From Verrucomicrobiia bacterium (GTDB lineage Bacteria; Verrucomicrobiota; Verrucomicrobiia; Limisphaerales; UBA1319), in contig OY760937.1 in NCBI GenBank assembly GCA_963664225.1, positions 2,400,001 through 2,464,000 of the forward strand: 64,000 nt of DNA. Reading direction: 5' to 3'. Under the pieces are notes generated by a model. That model was not told the DNA's origin. It did no database searches and saw nothing but the letters and a program-made list of their open reading frames with translations. This document shows, in pieces, positions 36,947 to 47,830 of the stretch. The position numbers were made by a program, and so were the translations under genes. The stretch's first letter is position 1; every line of letters begins with the position of its first letter.

Positions 36947-39900
36947 TTATTTCAGTTCCATCAGTTTCGTTTTTGCGCCCAGATGATCCGGGCTGATCTG
37001 GCTCGCTTTCTCAAATGCCTCTCTGGCCTTCTCTTTTTCGCCTAAGCCAAGATGACCCAGTCCGGCAATGTAATGAGTCATCGCCAGTCTGGAGCGCTGG
37101 GATTGCTGGACATTAAAGGCTGCCGAGGGATCGATCGCGGCCGATTGCTGCAAGGCCTCTTCCGCAGATTTAACCAGACTTTGGAAACCCGCCTGCGCCT
37201 TTTCATCCTGACCGCCGAGTCTCTTCATTGACATTGCAGAGTAGTAGCTTTGGACACCGCGCTCAGAAACCAATCCCCGACCGCCCCGGGGGGATTCGCA
37301 GTCGGCCGACACCTTCCAGGATTGCCGGGCCTGATCTTTTTCTCCCATGGCCTCGCGGGTCATCCCAATCCAATAAGCCGTTTCGGCCAGGCGGCCTGAG
37401 CCGTCGCCATTATCGTTGGGCAAATTGTCGGGAATGGAGTTTGCGGCCTGAAAATCAGCAAGCGCCTCCTTGTCTTCACTGGCTGCGAGGTGCTGGCGTC
37501 CGCGCAGCAAATGCGCGTTGGACCAATCCGAAGCCACGTTAAGCGTTCCACCTTCCCAGACATTGAAATGGCGGCCGGTCATCAGCCGGATGGCTTCGTC
37601 GTATTGCCCCATGAACACTTTCAAGGAAATGGCTCTGGAGAGGGCATCGTCGCGCCCGACAACAATGCTCAGGTTTTTATCGAGCATCGCCATGCGCTTT
37701 TCGGGCGAAATGCCCGCCGCTTCATAAAGCTCATCCAGCTCACAAAAATGGATCGGATATTTGTTTGGAAGCGCCACCGCCTTTTCCATGCAATCGATGG
37801 CCTTGATCAAATCGTTCCCATCGGGCTGATGAGAATAGGCGATGGCCAGATTGCGATGAGCAATGGGAAACGACGGATCGAGCGCGGCCGATTTCTCCCA
37901 CAAACCGACCGCCTCCGCAGGCTGGTTGTCAAAGAGCAGATTGCCCAGAAAATGCGGGGCGCGGGCATCGCTTGGATTGCGCTTCATCGCCCGCCCAAGC
38001 ACCTCGATGGCCTCGGATTGAAACGGGAAAACGTAGTCAGGGGACATTTGCACGGCCAGACGGCCGTATTCAGAGGCTTGTTCGGTTTGACCCATTTTTT
38101 CGGCGAAATAAGCCAGATAGTAATAAACCATGGGGGATATTCCATTGCGATCCGGCGCGGCCTTGATGAGCTGTTCCAGAACGGCGGCACCATCCTTCCA
38201 TAAACCGGCATCAAAATATTCAGCGGCGGTTTCCGCGGCCGTTGAAGGATGGGCGCTCATGGTGAAGACCATGGTTTTGGCCGAGAGCACCGTTTGCGAT
38301 GCCAGCCATTTCTCGGCCATGGCGCGAACATCCAGCGGGTCAGCCTGGTGCGCGGCTGAATTCAGAATGACGAGAGCCTCCTGGTTGCGTCCCGACTGAC
38401 GCAAGAGGGCAGCCTTGAGATTTAACGCGCGAATGTTCTGAGCGTTTGCATCGAGTGAACGGTCCAGATACTTCAGCGCGTCCGCCGACTGGTTGCGGGC
38501 GCAGGCGATTTCGGCCAAAGAGTAGTATCCACCGGACCGCCACGGAGCGCTCCAGGTGGCCTTGTAGAATGCATCAAAGGCTTCATCCATTTTCCCCTGG
38601 GCCTTGAGCGCCACGCCAAGATAGTAGTATGGTTCGGCGTTCTTCGGCATCGTGTATTCAAACGTGAGACGTTCCAGCGCCTTGCGGAGATGTTTCTCAG
38701 CCTCCTCAAAACGCATCCGCTTGATCAGCAAAATGCCCATGGCCGCATTCACTTGAGCATCGCCTGGATCGCGGCGCAACGCCTCTTCCCAATAGAGGTC
38801 GGGTTTCTCGGTGGCATTGTGGAATTGCTGGAGTCGCAGGCCGGCCAGATAGAGTTCCTCGTTGGTCTTGATCTTATCCGGAGCGGCGGGATTTTCGACC
38901 GGTTTTGGCATGGGCTCAGGCTTTAACCGAATGGGACTATAAGACACCAGTTCCCGGCCATCGACGGACAGGGACGCGCGCACATCGTGTTCATCCACGC
39001 CCGCAGGAATGGTGAGCTTCTTTAAATAAGCCGTGCCGGGGTTGATGGCCGTCTTTTCACGCAGCAGCGTTTTGTCCCCGGCCGTGACGAGGACTTCAGC
39101 ATCCTTGTAAGCCGCAGTGGTTGAGAAACCCACCCTGGCGGTTCCATCATTTGCCACATCGAGATTCACGGCAGCATCGAGGTTGGCCTTCTTCACGCCA
39201 CCGATGTCGCGGAAGGGATACCAATACATCTCAAACGACTTCACCTCGTAAGGCTCCAGCCAACTGTAATCCGGCTGGTTGTCCGAATAACCGCCCACCA
39301 TCAATTCGATGTAAGGTCCATCCTCGTCGGTGAGTATTTTATCCCACATGCGTCCCCGGGGACCATTGCCCCAGGTCCAGAGCTTTTTCCCGGGAACGAT
39401 ATGGTGATCGGCAACACTCATCAGGCCCGCATTCCGGCCATGATCGTAACCGGCGAAAAAGTCGTCTTCGTAATTCCAGGCGAACATCGAATTGGCCGCC
39501 AGGTGATTGGTAAACCAGCTCACATCCACGCCTTTGCTGAAGTCGTATCCGCCATACCTGGTGCTGGCGATGGGCCATGTCGTGAAGTCGCGTTTGTGAT
39601 GGTGCGTCACATGCTGGGTGCCGGGTGGAAAAATGACCTGGTAGTTTTCATTCACACTGACCGCCACATTGGCAAAGCAGAGCATGGATTGCAGTGTCGG
39701 TGTGCGATTCACAATGCGGATCGAGGCTTCGAGATAGGATTTCCCGGGACGCAGAGTATAGCCCACAGCCCAGCGCATGCGATCGCGCACCTCCAGTTCG
39801 CCCACCCACACTGTTTTCGAACCGTCCTTGTTGTTTTCGATGCGGTATTGGACGGGAATGAAAGTACTGGCCCGGTGGTGATGCGGAATGTTCCATTCCA

Positions 39901-40321
39901 CTCCACCTGAAATCCAGGCGCCGATCAGGCCAATCAGGGCGGGTTTGATGACGTGCTGGCGGTAGAAGAAATCGTAATTATTCGACTTGTCCACGCCGGA
40001 GAAAATGCGCCCGCCAATCTCGGGCAGGATGCCAATCTTCACATACTCGTTCTCCAGATAGACCATTTTGTAGATCTTGTCGGCCTTCTTGCCGGTCAGC
40101 GTATCGTAGAGCGGGTATGGATAAATGCGCCCCGCCGCCCCCTGGGATTGCCGCCCGAAATAAAACATCGGATTGCGCTCAGGCTCCCCCGCCCCGTAGG
40201 TGGGCAGAACCACATCCTCCTCTGAAACTCGAACAGGCGCGCTGGCGGCGACCGAAAACGGCGCCAACAACACGGCGCATGTGAGGCACATCAAAATTCG
40301 GTGAATAGTCACGCCCTTCAT
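36947..40321 (-). CDS. DUF5107 domain + TPR-repeat secreted protein
   Basis: YPYP, LENEYVKIGILPEIGGRI, IKPALIGLIGAWISGGVEWN, PGKKLWTWG, YIELMVG; TPR-rich C-terminal half; start uncertain. Confidence 0.82.
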   Translation of the reverse strand: MKGVTIHRILMCLTCAVLLAPFSVAASAPVRVSEEDVVLPTYGAGEPERNPMFYFGRQSQGAAGRIYPYPLYDTLTGKKADKIYKMVYLENEYVKIGILPEIGGRIFSGVDKSNNYDFFYRQHVIKPALIGLIGAWISGGVEWNIPHHHRASTFIPVQYRIENNKDGSKTVWVGELEVRDRMRWAVGYTLRPGKSYLEASIRIVNRTPTLQSMLCFANVAVSVNENYQVIFPPGTQHVTHHHKRDFTTWPIASTRYGGYDFSKGVDVSWFTNHLAANSMFAWNYEDDFFAGYDHGRNAGLMSVADHHIVPGKKLWTWGNGPRGRMWDKILTDEDGPYIELMVGGYSDNQPDYSWLEPYEVKSFEMYWYPFRDIGGVKKANLDAAVNLDVANDGTARVGFSTTAAYKDAEVLVTAGDKTLLREKTAINPGTAYLKKLTIPAGVDEHDVRASLSVDGRELVSYSPIRLKPEPMPKPVENPAAPDKIKTNEELYLAGLRLQQFHNATEKPDLYWEEALRRDPGDAQVNAAMGILLIKRMRFEEAEKHLRKALERLTFEYTMPKNAEPYYYLGVALKAQGKMDEAFDAFYKATWSAPWRSGGYYSLAEIACARNQSADALKYLDRSLDANAQNIRALNLKAALLRQSGRNQEALVILNSAAHQADPLDVRAMAEKWLASQTVLSAKTMVFTMSAHPSTAAETAAEYFDAGLWKDGAAVLEQLIKAAPDRNGISPMVYYYLAYFAEKMGQTEQASEYGRLAVQMSPDYVFPFQSEAIEVLGRAMKRNPSDARAPHFLGNLLFDNQPAEAVGLWEKSAALDPSFPIAHRNLAIAYSHQPDGNDLIKAIDCMEKAVALPNKYPIHFCELDELYEAAGISPEKRMAMLDKNLSIVVGRDDALSRAISLKVFMGQYDEAIRLMTGRHFNVWEGGTLNVASDWSNAHLLRGRQHLAASEDKEALADFQAANSIPDNLPNDNGDGSGRLAETAYWIGMTREAMGEKDQARQSWKVSADCESPRGGRGLVSERGVQSYYSAMSMKRLGGQDEKAQAGFQSLVKSAEEALQQSAAIDPSAAFNVQQSQRSRLAMTHYIAGLGHLGLGEKEKAREAFEKASQISPDHLGAKTKLMELK

Positions 40322-40495
40322 AGCATGATGGAAATTTGCTTTTATGAAACTGCGCGCGGAAACGCGGCATTTGATTTGGTCGGCCTTCATGTGTACGGCG
40401 AGTCTAGGTCTCCATGCCGTGGAGAAAAGCTTCTTTTTCAACGAAACGGTTTTCTCCAATTGGTTGCGCCCTGGGGAGAGTCGCACACGAAACCG

Positions 40496-40840
40496 CTAAA
40501 TCTGCCGCTGCTCTTCCGCCAAAAGGCCTATGCCGATGAACACCACAAGAATTATTGGCGAAAGCCATAAATCGTCGGTTGTGATCAGCATCTGCGATAG
40601 CAGGTGGGCGAGCACCAGATTCAATGCCCCATATCCAAAGGCAACCAGCATCACGAATGCGAATACCCTGATGATGAAATGACACTTTTTAATCGCCAGC
40701 TTAAACCAGCCATTGATCGCACCGCCAAACACCGCCAGCAGGCTGGAGGTGATGGCTATGGATACCTGGGGAATTACGGGCCGAATCGATTGGGAGGCCC
40801 AAACGATTGGATTTGCCGTTATATGGGTGACGTCGATCAT
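40496..40840 (-). CDS. Small membrane protein, DUF3392-like
   Basis: Three hydrophobic segments; FIIRVFAFVMLVAFGYG and IGLLAE motifs. Confidence 0.6.
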   Translation of the reverse strand: MIDVTHITANPIVWASQSIRPVIPQVSIAITSSLLAVFGGAINGWFKLAIKKCHFIIRVFAFVMLVAFGYGALNLVLAHLLSQMLITTDDLWLSPIILVVFIGIGLLAEEQRQI

Positions 40841-40885
40841 ATTTTGCCGGGACGATTCCGGGCATTTTCCGGCCGCACTTTTTAA

Positions 40886-41773
40886 TTATTGGGGAAGCTT
40901 CCAGGCGCGCACGTAATCGATGCTGAACGTCGAAGGCAGATCTGAATCCTGCGGCATCCCAAACCACTCAGGCATCGTTTCGCTGTCGAAAATAAGGAAC
41001 AGCGGATTGTGCCAATGGGAGTTCTCCTGAGTGCGGACCAGCACGCCATCGATGTACCAGCGCAGTTCGTCCTTGCGCCATTCCAGGCCAAACACATGAA
41101 AATCGTCCGCAAAACGGAAAGGAGCCTCCCATTCGCCGTGCGCCTGCCAATGACCCGCGACCGTGGGAGTCTTAAAGACGTGCGTCGTCATGTTGTAGCG
41201 GTGCTGCTGGTCCCTGCCCTTGCCGGAGAGCTCAAACACATCGATTTCAGTGGCCCAGCCGGGCGTGGGCTCCACCTGGAACCAGAATGAGCTGGACCCG
41301 GCGGAATTCATTGGCCGGGCCCTGATCTCATAATAGCCATAGCTTGATTGCACGCGGCTGTGGAGGGCGGCCGAACTGTAATTGGTGTAACCGCGTTTTT
41401 CGTATTCGGCGGGAACCTTCTCGCGCCGCATCGTTAAGTTTAAGCGGCCATCCTGCACGGTGACATTGGTTGGATTGAACCAGGCCGGTTGGCGTCCCTG
41501 CCACCATTCCAGTCCGACCACCCATTTGTTCGTGTCGAGGCTCGTCCCCTTGAATTCGTCCCACATGGGCTCGAATTTCACCCAACCGGCGCGGTTGGTC
41601 TGATCGGAGAGCGGCATCATGACATTTTGACGAACGGCCAGATTGGTCAGGGGGCCTTTCAGCGTCCATTGCTTCAATGCAGGAGCGGCGATTTCCGCCG
41701 CCTGGAGGGCGCAGAGCGAGGCCCATAAACAGGCCCATGTAACAAGACTTGCAGCCGGGGTTGCGAATTTCAT
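40886..41773 (-). CDS. GH16 glycoside hydrolase
   Basis: Signal peptide; DEF.G..LD..KW, YGYYEIR, EIDVFE catalytic motif, FHVFGLEW, IDYVRAW. Confidence 0.9.
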   Translation of the reverse strand: MKFATPAASLVTWACLWASLCALQAAEIAAPALKQWTLKGPLTNLAVRQNVMMPLSDQTNRAGWVKFEPMWDEFKGTSLDTNKWVVGLEWWQGRQPAWFNPTNVTVQDGRLNLTMRREKVPAEYEKRGYTNYSSAALHSRVQSSYGYYEIRARPMNSAGSSSFWFQVEPTPGWATEIDVFELSGKGRDQQHRYNMTTHVFKTPTVAGHWQAHGEWEAPFRFADDFHVFGLEWRKDELRWYIDGVLVRTQENSHWHNPLFLIFDSETMPEWFGMPQDSDLPSTFSIDYVRAWKLPQ

Positions 41774-41847
41774 GGGCGGATCATAACCGATCCGGGGCGC
41801 TTGAAAAGTTTATCCCGGTTGCCACAAAGTCCGAGGTTCGCGCGTTC

Positions 41848-43257
41848 TTACTTCACGGCGCTCACGGTCACATTCCGCACAAACTCGTTTTGCTTCACGT
41901 CGTTTGCTTCAATCAGTTTGCCGTTGACGGTGACGTTTTCAAATTTCGCCTCTTCAACCAGGTGCTGGGCGTCAAATCCCTTCAGCTCGATCTTCGGCTG
42001 GGCGCCAGTCGCCTGGATGTCTTTGAAAACCACGCCTTTGATATGCCCCCGTTCGGGGTCGCGGGTCCAAACGTAACTGCCGATCCAAAGCGAAATGAGG
42101 TTTCGGGTTTCCTCAATGCGAATGTTCTCGAAAGTGATGTTGCTGATTAGCGCCGAGTCGCATTGAAACACGCGCAAGGTCCATTCACGCCCTTTGTCGT
42201 GAATGACATCGCAATCGGAGAAACGAACATTGCTGACAGGCTCGCGCAGTTCGGCCCCGATGCTCAAGGCGTGCGCAATCTCATTCCACAGGACGCAATT
42301 CTTGACCGTGATGTTCTCAGCGGAGCCCTGGCCCTTGTCCGTTTTGACCACAACGAGATCGTCGAGCGTGCGCAAAAAGCTGTCAGAGACCGCCACGTCG
42401 CGGCTGTTGCAAATGTCGATCCCGTCCGAATTCGCGCGATGTCCGAAGAGTTTGACGTTTGTGAACTTAACATTTTGGGACCTCCGCACAGGCACGGTCC
42501 ATGAGCTGGAATCACGCAGGACGATGCCCTCGACGACGATGTTGGTGCCGTGAACGTAGAGCAGGTTCTGCGTATGAATGGGGCAAAGGCTGCCATCAAG
42601 AATCCCCCGGCCGCGCAACGTGATATTGTCTCCTTCCAGCGCAACCACCGGCCCGCGTCGGCCGGAGTTTTTTCCCCTGACGATTGCGCCGTCTGCAATG
42701 TAAACGGTCTTGCCAGAGGCCACCCGCAATTCGTCTATTTCATGCATTCCAGGTCCAAAGAAAATCACATTGGGATCGCCAGATTTGGGGACATCGGTTT
42801 CCGGGACATTTGCAAACAAATGAAGGGAATGCACCCAGTCTCCATTGATCTCCAGAGTCAATTGACGGGGCGCGGATAAACTGAAGGTCACTTTATTGCC
42901 CGAAACCACGGGAACAATGCCGTAGCTCGATGGCAACAGTCTGGCGCTCTTGATAGTTTCGGGGCAGACAATGGTAACCTCAGCAGTGCCGTTAAAATCA
43001 AACGAGGCAAACGCCGCCTTTTCAAAATAGGTCCCGGAAGTGGCCACCTCATCCACAGACTTGAACCGCAGGACAGGATCGCCCGAAGCAACCTTGGCGA
43101 CATACACAGGCACGTTCACCGCGCCAACGGTCACGGTAAAATTCGTCGAAAGAGTCTCGCCGGGAGGCGCGGAACGGGCGCGAATCTCCGCGGCTGCAAC
43201 AGAGTGTGCGCAAAGGGCCATGCATGCCATGACCAGGGCGTGATGGATGGTTTTCAT
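41848..43257 (-). CDS. Right-handed beta-helix glycoside hydrolase (GH28/GH49-like)
   Basis: FFGPGMH, GRGILDG, NSDGIDI, RTLDDLVVVK. Confidence 0.78.
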   Translation of the reverse strand: MKTIHHALVMACMALCAHSVAAAEIRARSAPPGETLSTNFTVTVGAVNVPVYVAKVASGDPVLRFKSVDEVATSGTYFEKAAFASFDFNGTAEVTIVCPETIKSARLLPSSYGIVPVVSGNKVTFSLSAPRQLTLEINGDWVHSLHLFANVPETDVPKSGDPNVIFFGPGMHEIDELRVASGKTVYIADGAIVRGKNSGRRGPVVALEGDNITLRGRGILDGSLCPIHTQNLLYVHGTNIVVEGIVLRDSSSWTVPVRRSQNVKFTNVKLFGHRANSDGIDICNSRDVAVSDSFLRTLDDLVVVKTDKGQGSAENITVKNCVLWNEIAHALSIGAELREPVSNVRFSDCDVIHDKGREWTLRVFQCDSALISNITFENIRIEETRNLISLWIGSYVWTRDPERGHIKGVVFKDIQATGAQPKIELKGFDAQHLVEEAKFENVTVNGKLIEANDVKQNEFVRNVTVSAVK

Positions 43258-43372
43258 TTGAATTGTTCAGTCTGGAAAAAGGCGGATTCGAAGGCGCAAA
43301 AACAAGGACAGCGAGTATTGGGCCACGGTGCGGGCGGCCCATTATCGAGGTCTTGCGCCACGCTTTTAAGTC

Positions 43373-43858
43373 CTAATCGCGGAAGTTTATAAACTGGAGC
43401 GGCGCTGGAAAATCTTTAGCCTGCACCGCGCCGATCACGGCCTGAAGATCGTCCCGGTTTTTACCAGTCACCCGGATCTTTTGATCCTGAATTTGCGTGG
43501 TCACCTTGATTTTCGAGTCGCGGATAAACGTGGTGACCTGCTTGGCGATATCGGTCTCGAGACCCTGCTTGATCTTGATCAACTGCCGCGTGTGCCCCAG
43601 AGGCGAGATGTCCGGATCGCAGCGTTCCACGCTCTTGAGGTTGATGTTGCGCTTGGCGATCTTGCCGATGACGATCTCGCACAGCGCGGTCAGCTTGAAC
43701 TTGTCCTCGGCGGTGAGTTTGATCTCGTTTTTCTCGAGCGTGATTTCCGCTTTGCTCCCTTTGAAATCAAAACGGTTGGCCAATTCCTTTTTGGCCATGT
43801 TCACTGCGTTCTCGACTTCCATCGAGTTAACCAGGCTGACGATATCGAATGACGGCAT
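43373..43858 (-). CDS. yajQ: YajQ family nucleotide/c-di-GMP-binding protein
   Basis: MPSFDIVS, NRFDFKGS, RVTGKNRDDLQ, QFINFRD. Confidence 0.95.
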   Translation of the reverse strand: MPSFDIVSLVNSMEVENAVNMAKKELANRFDFKGSKAEITLEKNEIKLTAEDKFKLTALCEIVIGKIAKRNINLKSVERCDPDISPLGHTRQLIKIKQGLETDIAKQVTTFIRDSKIKVTTQIQDQKIRVTGKNRDDLQAVIGAVQAKDFPAPLQFINFRD

Positions 43859-43985
43859 GACTGAATGCTAACCGTTGGGCCTGAAGATGCGACTATTTTT
43901 TGCATGTCGCCAGCCTTTGCGCATTCGAAACACGTTGGCGTTTGCGTGTGCCACGCCACCCCTGCAATAGACGCGGCGGGAACTG

Positions 43986-45047
43986 TCAGCGGTTGGTGGT
44001 GGAACTCTCCTTCAACACTGCGGAGATCTCCAAATCCTGGACCTGCACTGCGGCGTCAAAGGTGCCGGGAATCTCCCAGCCCATGTTCATGTTGACCACG
44101 GCGTAGTCATGCGGGTTCGAGTTTTTGAAGTAACCCCTGCTCTCCGCCTCTCGCAACCCCTTCAGGATGTGCGGCAACAGGTCCGCATCCAGGGCGACCC
44201 ACTGACCCGATTTCAGGGGGGCTTCCCCAAGCGTCCCTCCTCCGAGGGTATAAATGAACTTGCCGGTCGCATCCTTCTTGCCCCCGTCGGTCGCCATAAA
44301 GGCGGGCGGAACGTCATGTCTGCTGTCGAAGAACGGAACGCCAAACCAGTAATAGTTGCCCTGATCGGCAGACCCGGGCCTGATGTTTTTGACGATGAAA
44401 AACATCTGAAACTGGGCCGCGTGCAAGCCCGGATCGAATTCATTGGTCGCCATGCCGGACTTGCAGTGGAGCAACCGGGCGCGCACCCGGAAGCGGATGG
44501 CGTCCAAGGCATCCAAAGCGCACACTTGAACGGCGTCCTGCTCCACCAAAAGATGCGGCCAGGGCTCCCCGGCTTTACGCGCCCGTGTGCCGTACTCGGC
44601 GCTGCCTCGTATCTCCAAAGTCAGCCCATGCAACTCTTTGTTTTGAGAATCCAAACTGCCAGCCACGACACGTTTCGCCTCATTTTCATACGTGAATATG
44701 CCGTCACTCCGCCGGCATGGGGCCGAGGCCAGACTATGTTTGGTGGCCCACTGGCATAATCTCCAGACCGGCACGTTGTTCGTATCACCGAAATCAAGCA
44801 CGCCCTCCACGGACCGGCCCTTTGAGGAGTCGGGATAACTGAGTAGAAAACCTTTTTGAAACTGGGTCTCCGCGAACAAAGGTGTGGCATTCGTCCGCTG
44901 CCCGGCGCAGGTTATGGCGCCCGCCAACACCATCAGAAGAAGCACCAGGCCGGTTCTCAGCAAGCCAATCAGCGTCGGATTCCAGATGGATTGAAATCTC
45001 GGACAGGCACTTTGGTTTGCTTCGCTGCGTGGTTCTCCGGTGCTCAT
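43986..45047 (-). CDS. Hypothetical exported protein (beta-rich, lectin-like)
   Basis: Hydrophobic N-terminal segment; WRLCQW, PWPHLLVEQ, NMGWEIPGTF. Confidence 0.6.
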   Translation of the reverse strand: MSTGEPRSEANQSACPRFQSIWNPTLIGLLRTGLVLLLMVLAGAITCAGQRTNATPLFAETQFQKGFLLSYPDSSKGRSVEGVLDFGDTNNVPVWRLCQWATKHSLASAPCRRSDGIFTYENEAKRVVAGSLDSQNKELHGLTLEIRGSAEYGTRARKAGEPWPHLLVEQDAVQVCALDALDAIRFRVRARLLHCKSGMATNEFDPGLHAAQFQMFFIVKNIRPGSADQGNYYWFGVPFFDSRHDVPPAFMATDGGKKDATGKFIYTLGGGTLGEAPLKSGQWVALDADLLPHILKGLREAESRGYFKNSNPHDYAVVNMNMGWEIPGTFDAAVQVQDLEISAVLKESSTTNR

Positions 45048-45219
45048 AATTATTCTGGAGCGCAAATTAACGGCTGCGCTTCCAAGGCGTCAAGGCCGCA
45101 AAACAAGCACGGAGTGACACCCGCCATTTGTGCTGGCGATGAACACCTTCCGCAAACATGGTTTGTTTTGCAATTATATGGTATTCGGATATAATGGCCC
45201 AAGTTGAAATAGAGGGATT

Positions 45220-45987
45220 ATGAAAAAAATCATCGTTCGAATTCTTATCGTTGCCGTTGTTTTGATCGTGGCAGGGTTTATAGTCGTGGGAATGTTCCTG
45301 GACTCAATCATTAAGAAGGGCGTGGAAACCGCGGGGCCCGCCATCACAAAAACGGAAGTGCGGCTGGACGGTGTCTCGCTATCGGTCTTTTCGGGCAAAG
45401 GCACGGTCAAGGGCCTGTTCGTGGGCAATCCCGCCGGTTACAAAACCGCCTCCGCCATCCAGGTGGGTGAGGCCACGGTGCGCGTCAAACCCGGCTCCCT
45501 GATGTCGAACAAAATCGTGGTGGAATCCGTGTCCATTAACGCGCCGGACATCACGATCGAAGGAGGGATGAAAGACAACAACCTGACCAAAATCCTGGAA
45601 AACGTCCAATCCTTCTCCGGCAGCGCCACGACGAACACCTCGCAAACGGGCGCTCAAAAACCGGCCCAGAAGATCCAGGTCAATGACCTGCTCATCACCG
45701 GAGGCAAGGTCAACGTCAGCCTGGGTCTCCTGGGCGGAAAATCCGTGACGGTGCCGCTGCCTGAGATTCACCTCACGGACCTGGGCAAGAATTCCGACGG
45801 CATCACGCCGGCTGAACTGGCCCAAACGGTGATGAAGAGCATCATTGATGGAGCGCTGTCCAGTGCCACCAAAGCCGTGTCCAACATAGGCGGTGTGGCC
45901 ACGGATGCCGCCAAATCCCTGGGAGAAGGGGCCACCGGCGGCGTCGAAAAGGTCACCAAAGGCATCGGCAGCCTTTTCAAAAAGTAA
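45220..45987 (+). CDS. AsmA-like/DUF748-like protein
   Basis: N-terminal TM anchor followed by beta-taco-like sequence (GLFVGNP.GY, LPEIHLTDLG). Confidence 0.7.
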   Translation: MKKIIVRILIVAVVLIVAGFIVVGMFLDSIIKKGVETAGPAITKTEVRLDGVSLSVFSGKGTVKGLFVGNPAGYKTASAIQVGEATVRVKPGSLMSNKIVVESVSINAPDITIEGGMKDNNLTKILENVQSFSGSATTNTSQTGAQKPAQKIQVNDLLITGGKVNVSLGLLGGKSVTVPLPEIHLTDLGKNSDGITPAELAQTVMKSIIDGALSSATKAVSNIGGVATDAAKSLGEGATGGVEKVTKGIGSLFKK

Positions 45988-46102
45988 TCCCAGCGGTCGT
46001 TTAAAGCTGAATTCCTGGTTCAGCCCGGTCGCTCGTGCGGCAGCCGGGCCTCTAAATAAATTGATTGCAGCCCTCTTTCATGGTAAAGAGATATTCAGCG
46101 AA

Positions 46103-46250
46103 CGAGCCTACAGGCTTGGGGTGCCGTTGATTCCCCCGAAATCGGAAGCGCAACGCACGCATGTGCGGCAAAGTGGGGAATACCGTATCTGAGGGTCATT
46201 CCGGTCCATCGGAAAATCCTTTAAGATGGGCGGATCAGGGGAACGGGGCG
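46103..46250 (+). ncRNA. Candidate structured cis-regulatory leader upstream of nuoM (no known family recognised)
   Basis: Several helices seen by eye: CCGTT/AACGG, ATTCCCC/GGGGAAT, CGCAC/GTGCG, and a long hairpin at 46183-46233. Confidence 0.4.
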
Positions 46251-46282
46251 CCGCGGGTTTTGATGCCGATTTGCCACGTTTC

Positions 46283-47821
46283 ATGTCGTTATTAAACTTA
46301 TTGATATTGTTCCCATTTTTGGGGGCGCTGGCGATCTTATGCGTGCCGGGCAGTCTGCGGTTTTTGATACGCGGCCTGGCGATCGTCAGCACGTTGTTCA
46401 CGATGCTGACGGCTTTCGTTCTGTTCTTTTCCTTTAAAACAGGCGCTCCAGGCTGGCAATTCGAGAGCCTCATCCCATGGTCCACCGCACTGGGCATTCA
46501 GTATCACGTGGGAGTGGACGGCGTGAACATCGGCCTGCTGTTCATGGGCGCGGTGGTGGGATTTGCGGCGGCGTGTGTCTCCTGGGAAATCAAGACACGG
46601 GACAAGGAGTTTTACATTCTGCTGCTGGTGATGCTGGGCGGAATCCTGGGCGCCTTTGCCTCGCTGGACCTGTTCTTCCTCTATTTCTTCCATGAATTGG
46701 CGCTGATTCCGACTTTCATTATGATTGGCGTCTGGGGCCGGGGGGAGCGAAAAAACTACGCCGCCTACCAGATCACCATTTATCTAAGCTTGGGCGCGCT
46801 GCTGGTATTGCTGGGGCTGATCGCCCTTTATCTGAAGGCCGGGGCTAATTCGTTCGATCTGGTCGAAATCACAAACCACCTGCGCCAGCAACCCATGAGC
46901 GTGGCGGCACAGAATCTCATTTTCCCGGTGCTCCTGTTTGGCTTTGGCATACTGGTCTCGCTATGGCCGTTCCACAGTTGGGCGCCGCTGGGCTATGCCA
47001 GCGCCCCGACCGCCACCGCCATGCTCCATGCCGGGGTGTTGAAGAAGTTCGGGCTGTACGGCCTGCTCCGGATCGCCATTCCGCTGATGCCCGATGGCGC
47101 GAACTCTTGGGTGGGCATTCTCGCCTGGCTCTGTCTGGGAAACATCCTTTATTGCGGCTTCACCGCCATGCGCCAAAAAGATCTGAACCTGGTGATCGGC
47201 AATGCCAGTGTGGCGCACATGGGCTTCATTTTCCTGGGTCTGGCTTCGCTGAATCTGATCGGCGTCACCGGCGCGGTCATGGTCATGGTGGCGCATGGTT
47301 TTTTGGCAGCGCTGACTTTTGCATTGAGCGGTTACATTTATCAGCAGACGGGAACGCTTGAGATCGAGCGCCTGGGCGGATTGCTGAGGCGCCTGCCATT
47401 CATCGGCGCGCTTTTGATGATGGCGATGCTGGCGGGTTGCGGAGTGCCGGGATTCCCAAATTTCGTAGGGGAAATGATGGTCTTTTTCGGGGCGTGGTCG
47501 GTCTTTAAATGGATCACCGTGCTGGCCGTCTGGGGTGCCCTGGTGATTGGTGGAGTGTATATGCTGCGGACGATTCGCAACGTGTTGCATGGGCCGCTGG
47601 CCATCGAGTGGGAACGCATTGCCGACGCCTCCAATCCCTGGCGGAGGCTGCCTTTTGCCCTCCTGATTGCCCTGTTGCTCGTGTTTGGCTTTTTCCCGCG
47701 ACTCCTGACTGATAAGATAAAACCCGTTGCCGCGGAAATTGTTGCAGCATCAACGCCCCTTAAAACCACCGGTTTGGCTGCGGACATCACCCTGCCAGAA
47801 TCTCAAATTGCACACCGCTGA
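46283..47821 (+). CDS. nuoM: NADH-quinone oxidoreductase subunit M-like antiporter subunit
   Basis: GVDG, DLFFLYFFHELALIP, WPFHSW, AHMG, HG, PNFVGE. Confidence 0.88.
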   Translation: MSLLNLLILFPFLGALAILCVPGSLRFLIRGLAIVSTLFTMLTAFVLFFSFKTGAPGWQFESLIPWSTALGIQYHVGVDGVNIGLLFMGAVVGFAAACVSWEIKTRDKEFYILLLVMLGGILGAFASLDLFFLYFFHELALIPTFIMIGVWGRGERKNYAAYQITIYLSLGALLVLLGLIALYLKAGANSFDLVEITNHLRQQPMSVAAQNLIFPVLLFGFGILVSLWPFHSWAPLGYASAPTATAMLHAGVLKKFGLYGLLRIAIPLMPDGANSWVGILAWLCLGNILYCGFTAMRQKDLNLVIGNASVAHMGFIFLGLASLNLIGVTGAVMVMVAHGFLAALTFALSGYIYQQTGTLEIERLGGLLRRLPFIGALLMMAMLAGCGVPGFPNFVGEMMVFFGAWSVFKWITVLAVWGALVIGGVYMLRTIRNVLHGPLAIEWERIADASNPWRRLPFALLIALLLVFGFFPRLLTDKIKPVAAEIVAASTPLKTTGLAADITLPESQIAHR

Positions 47822-47830
47822 ACCGCCACC

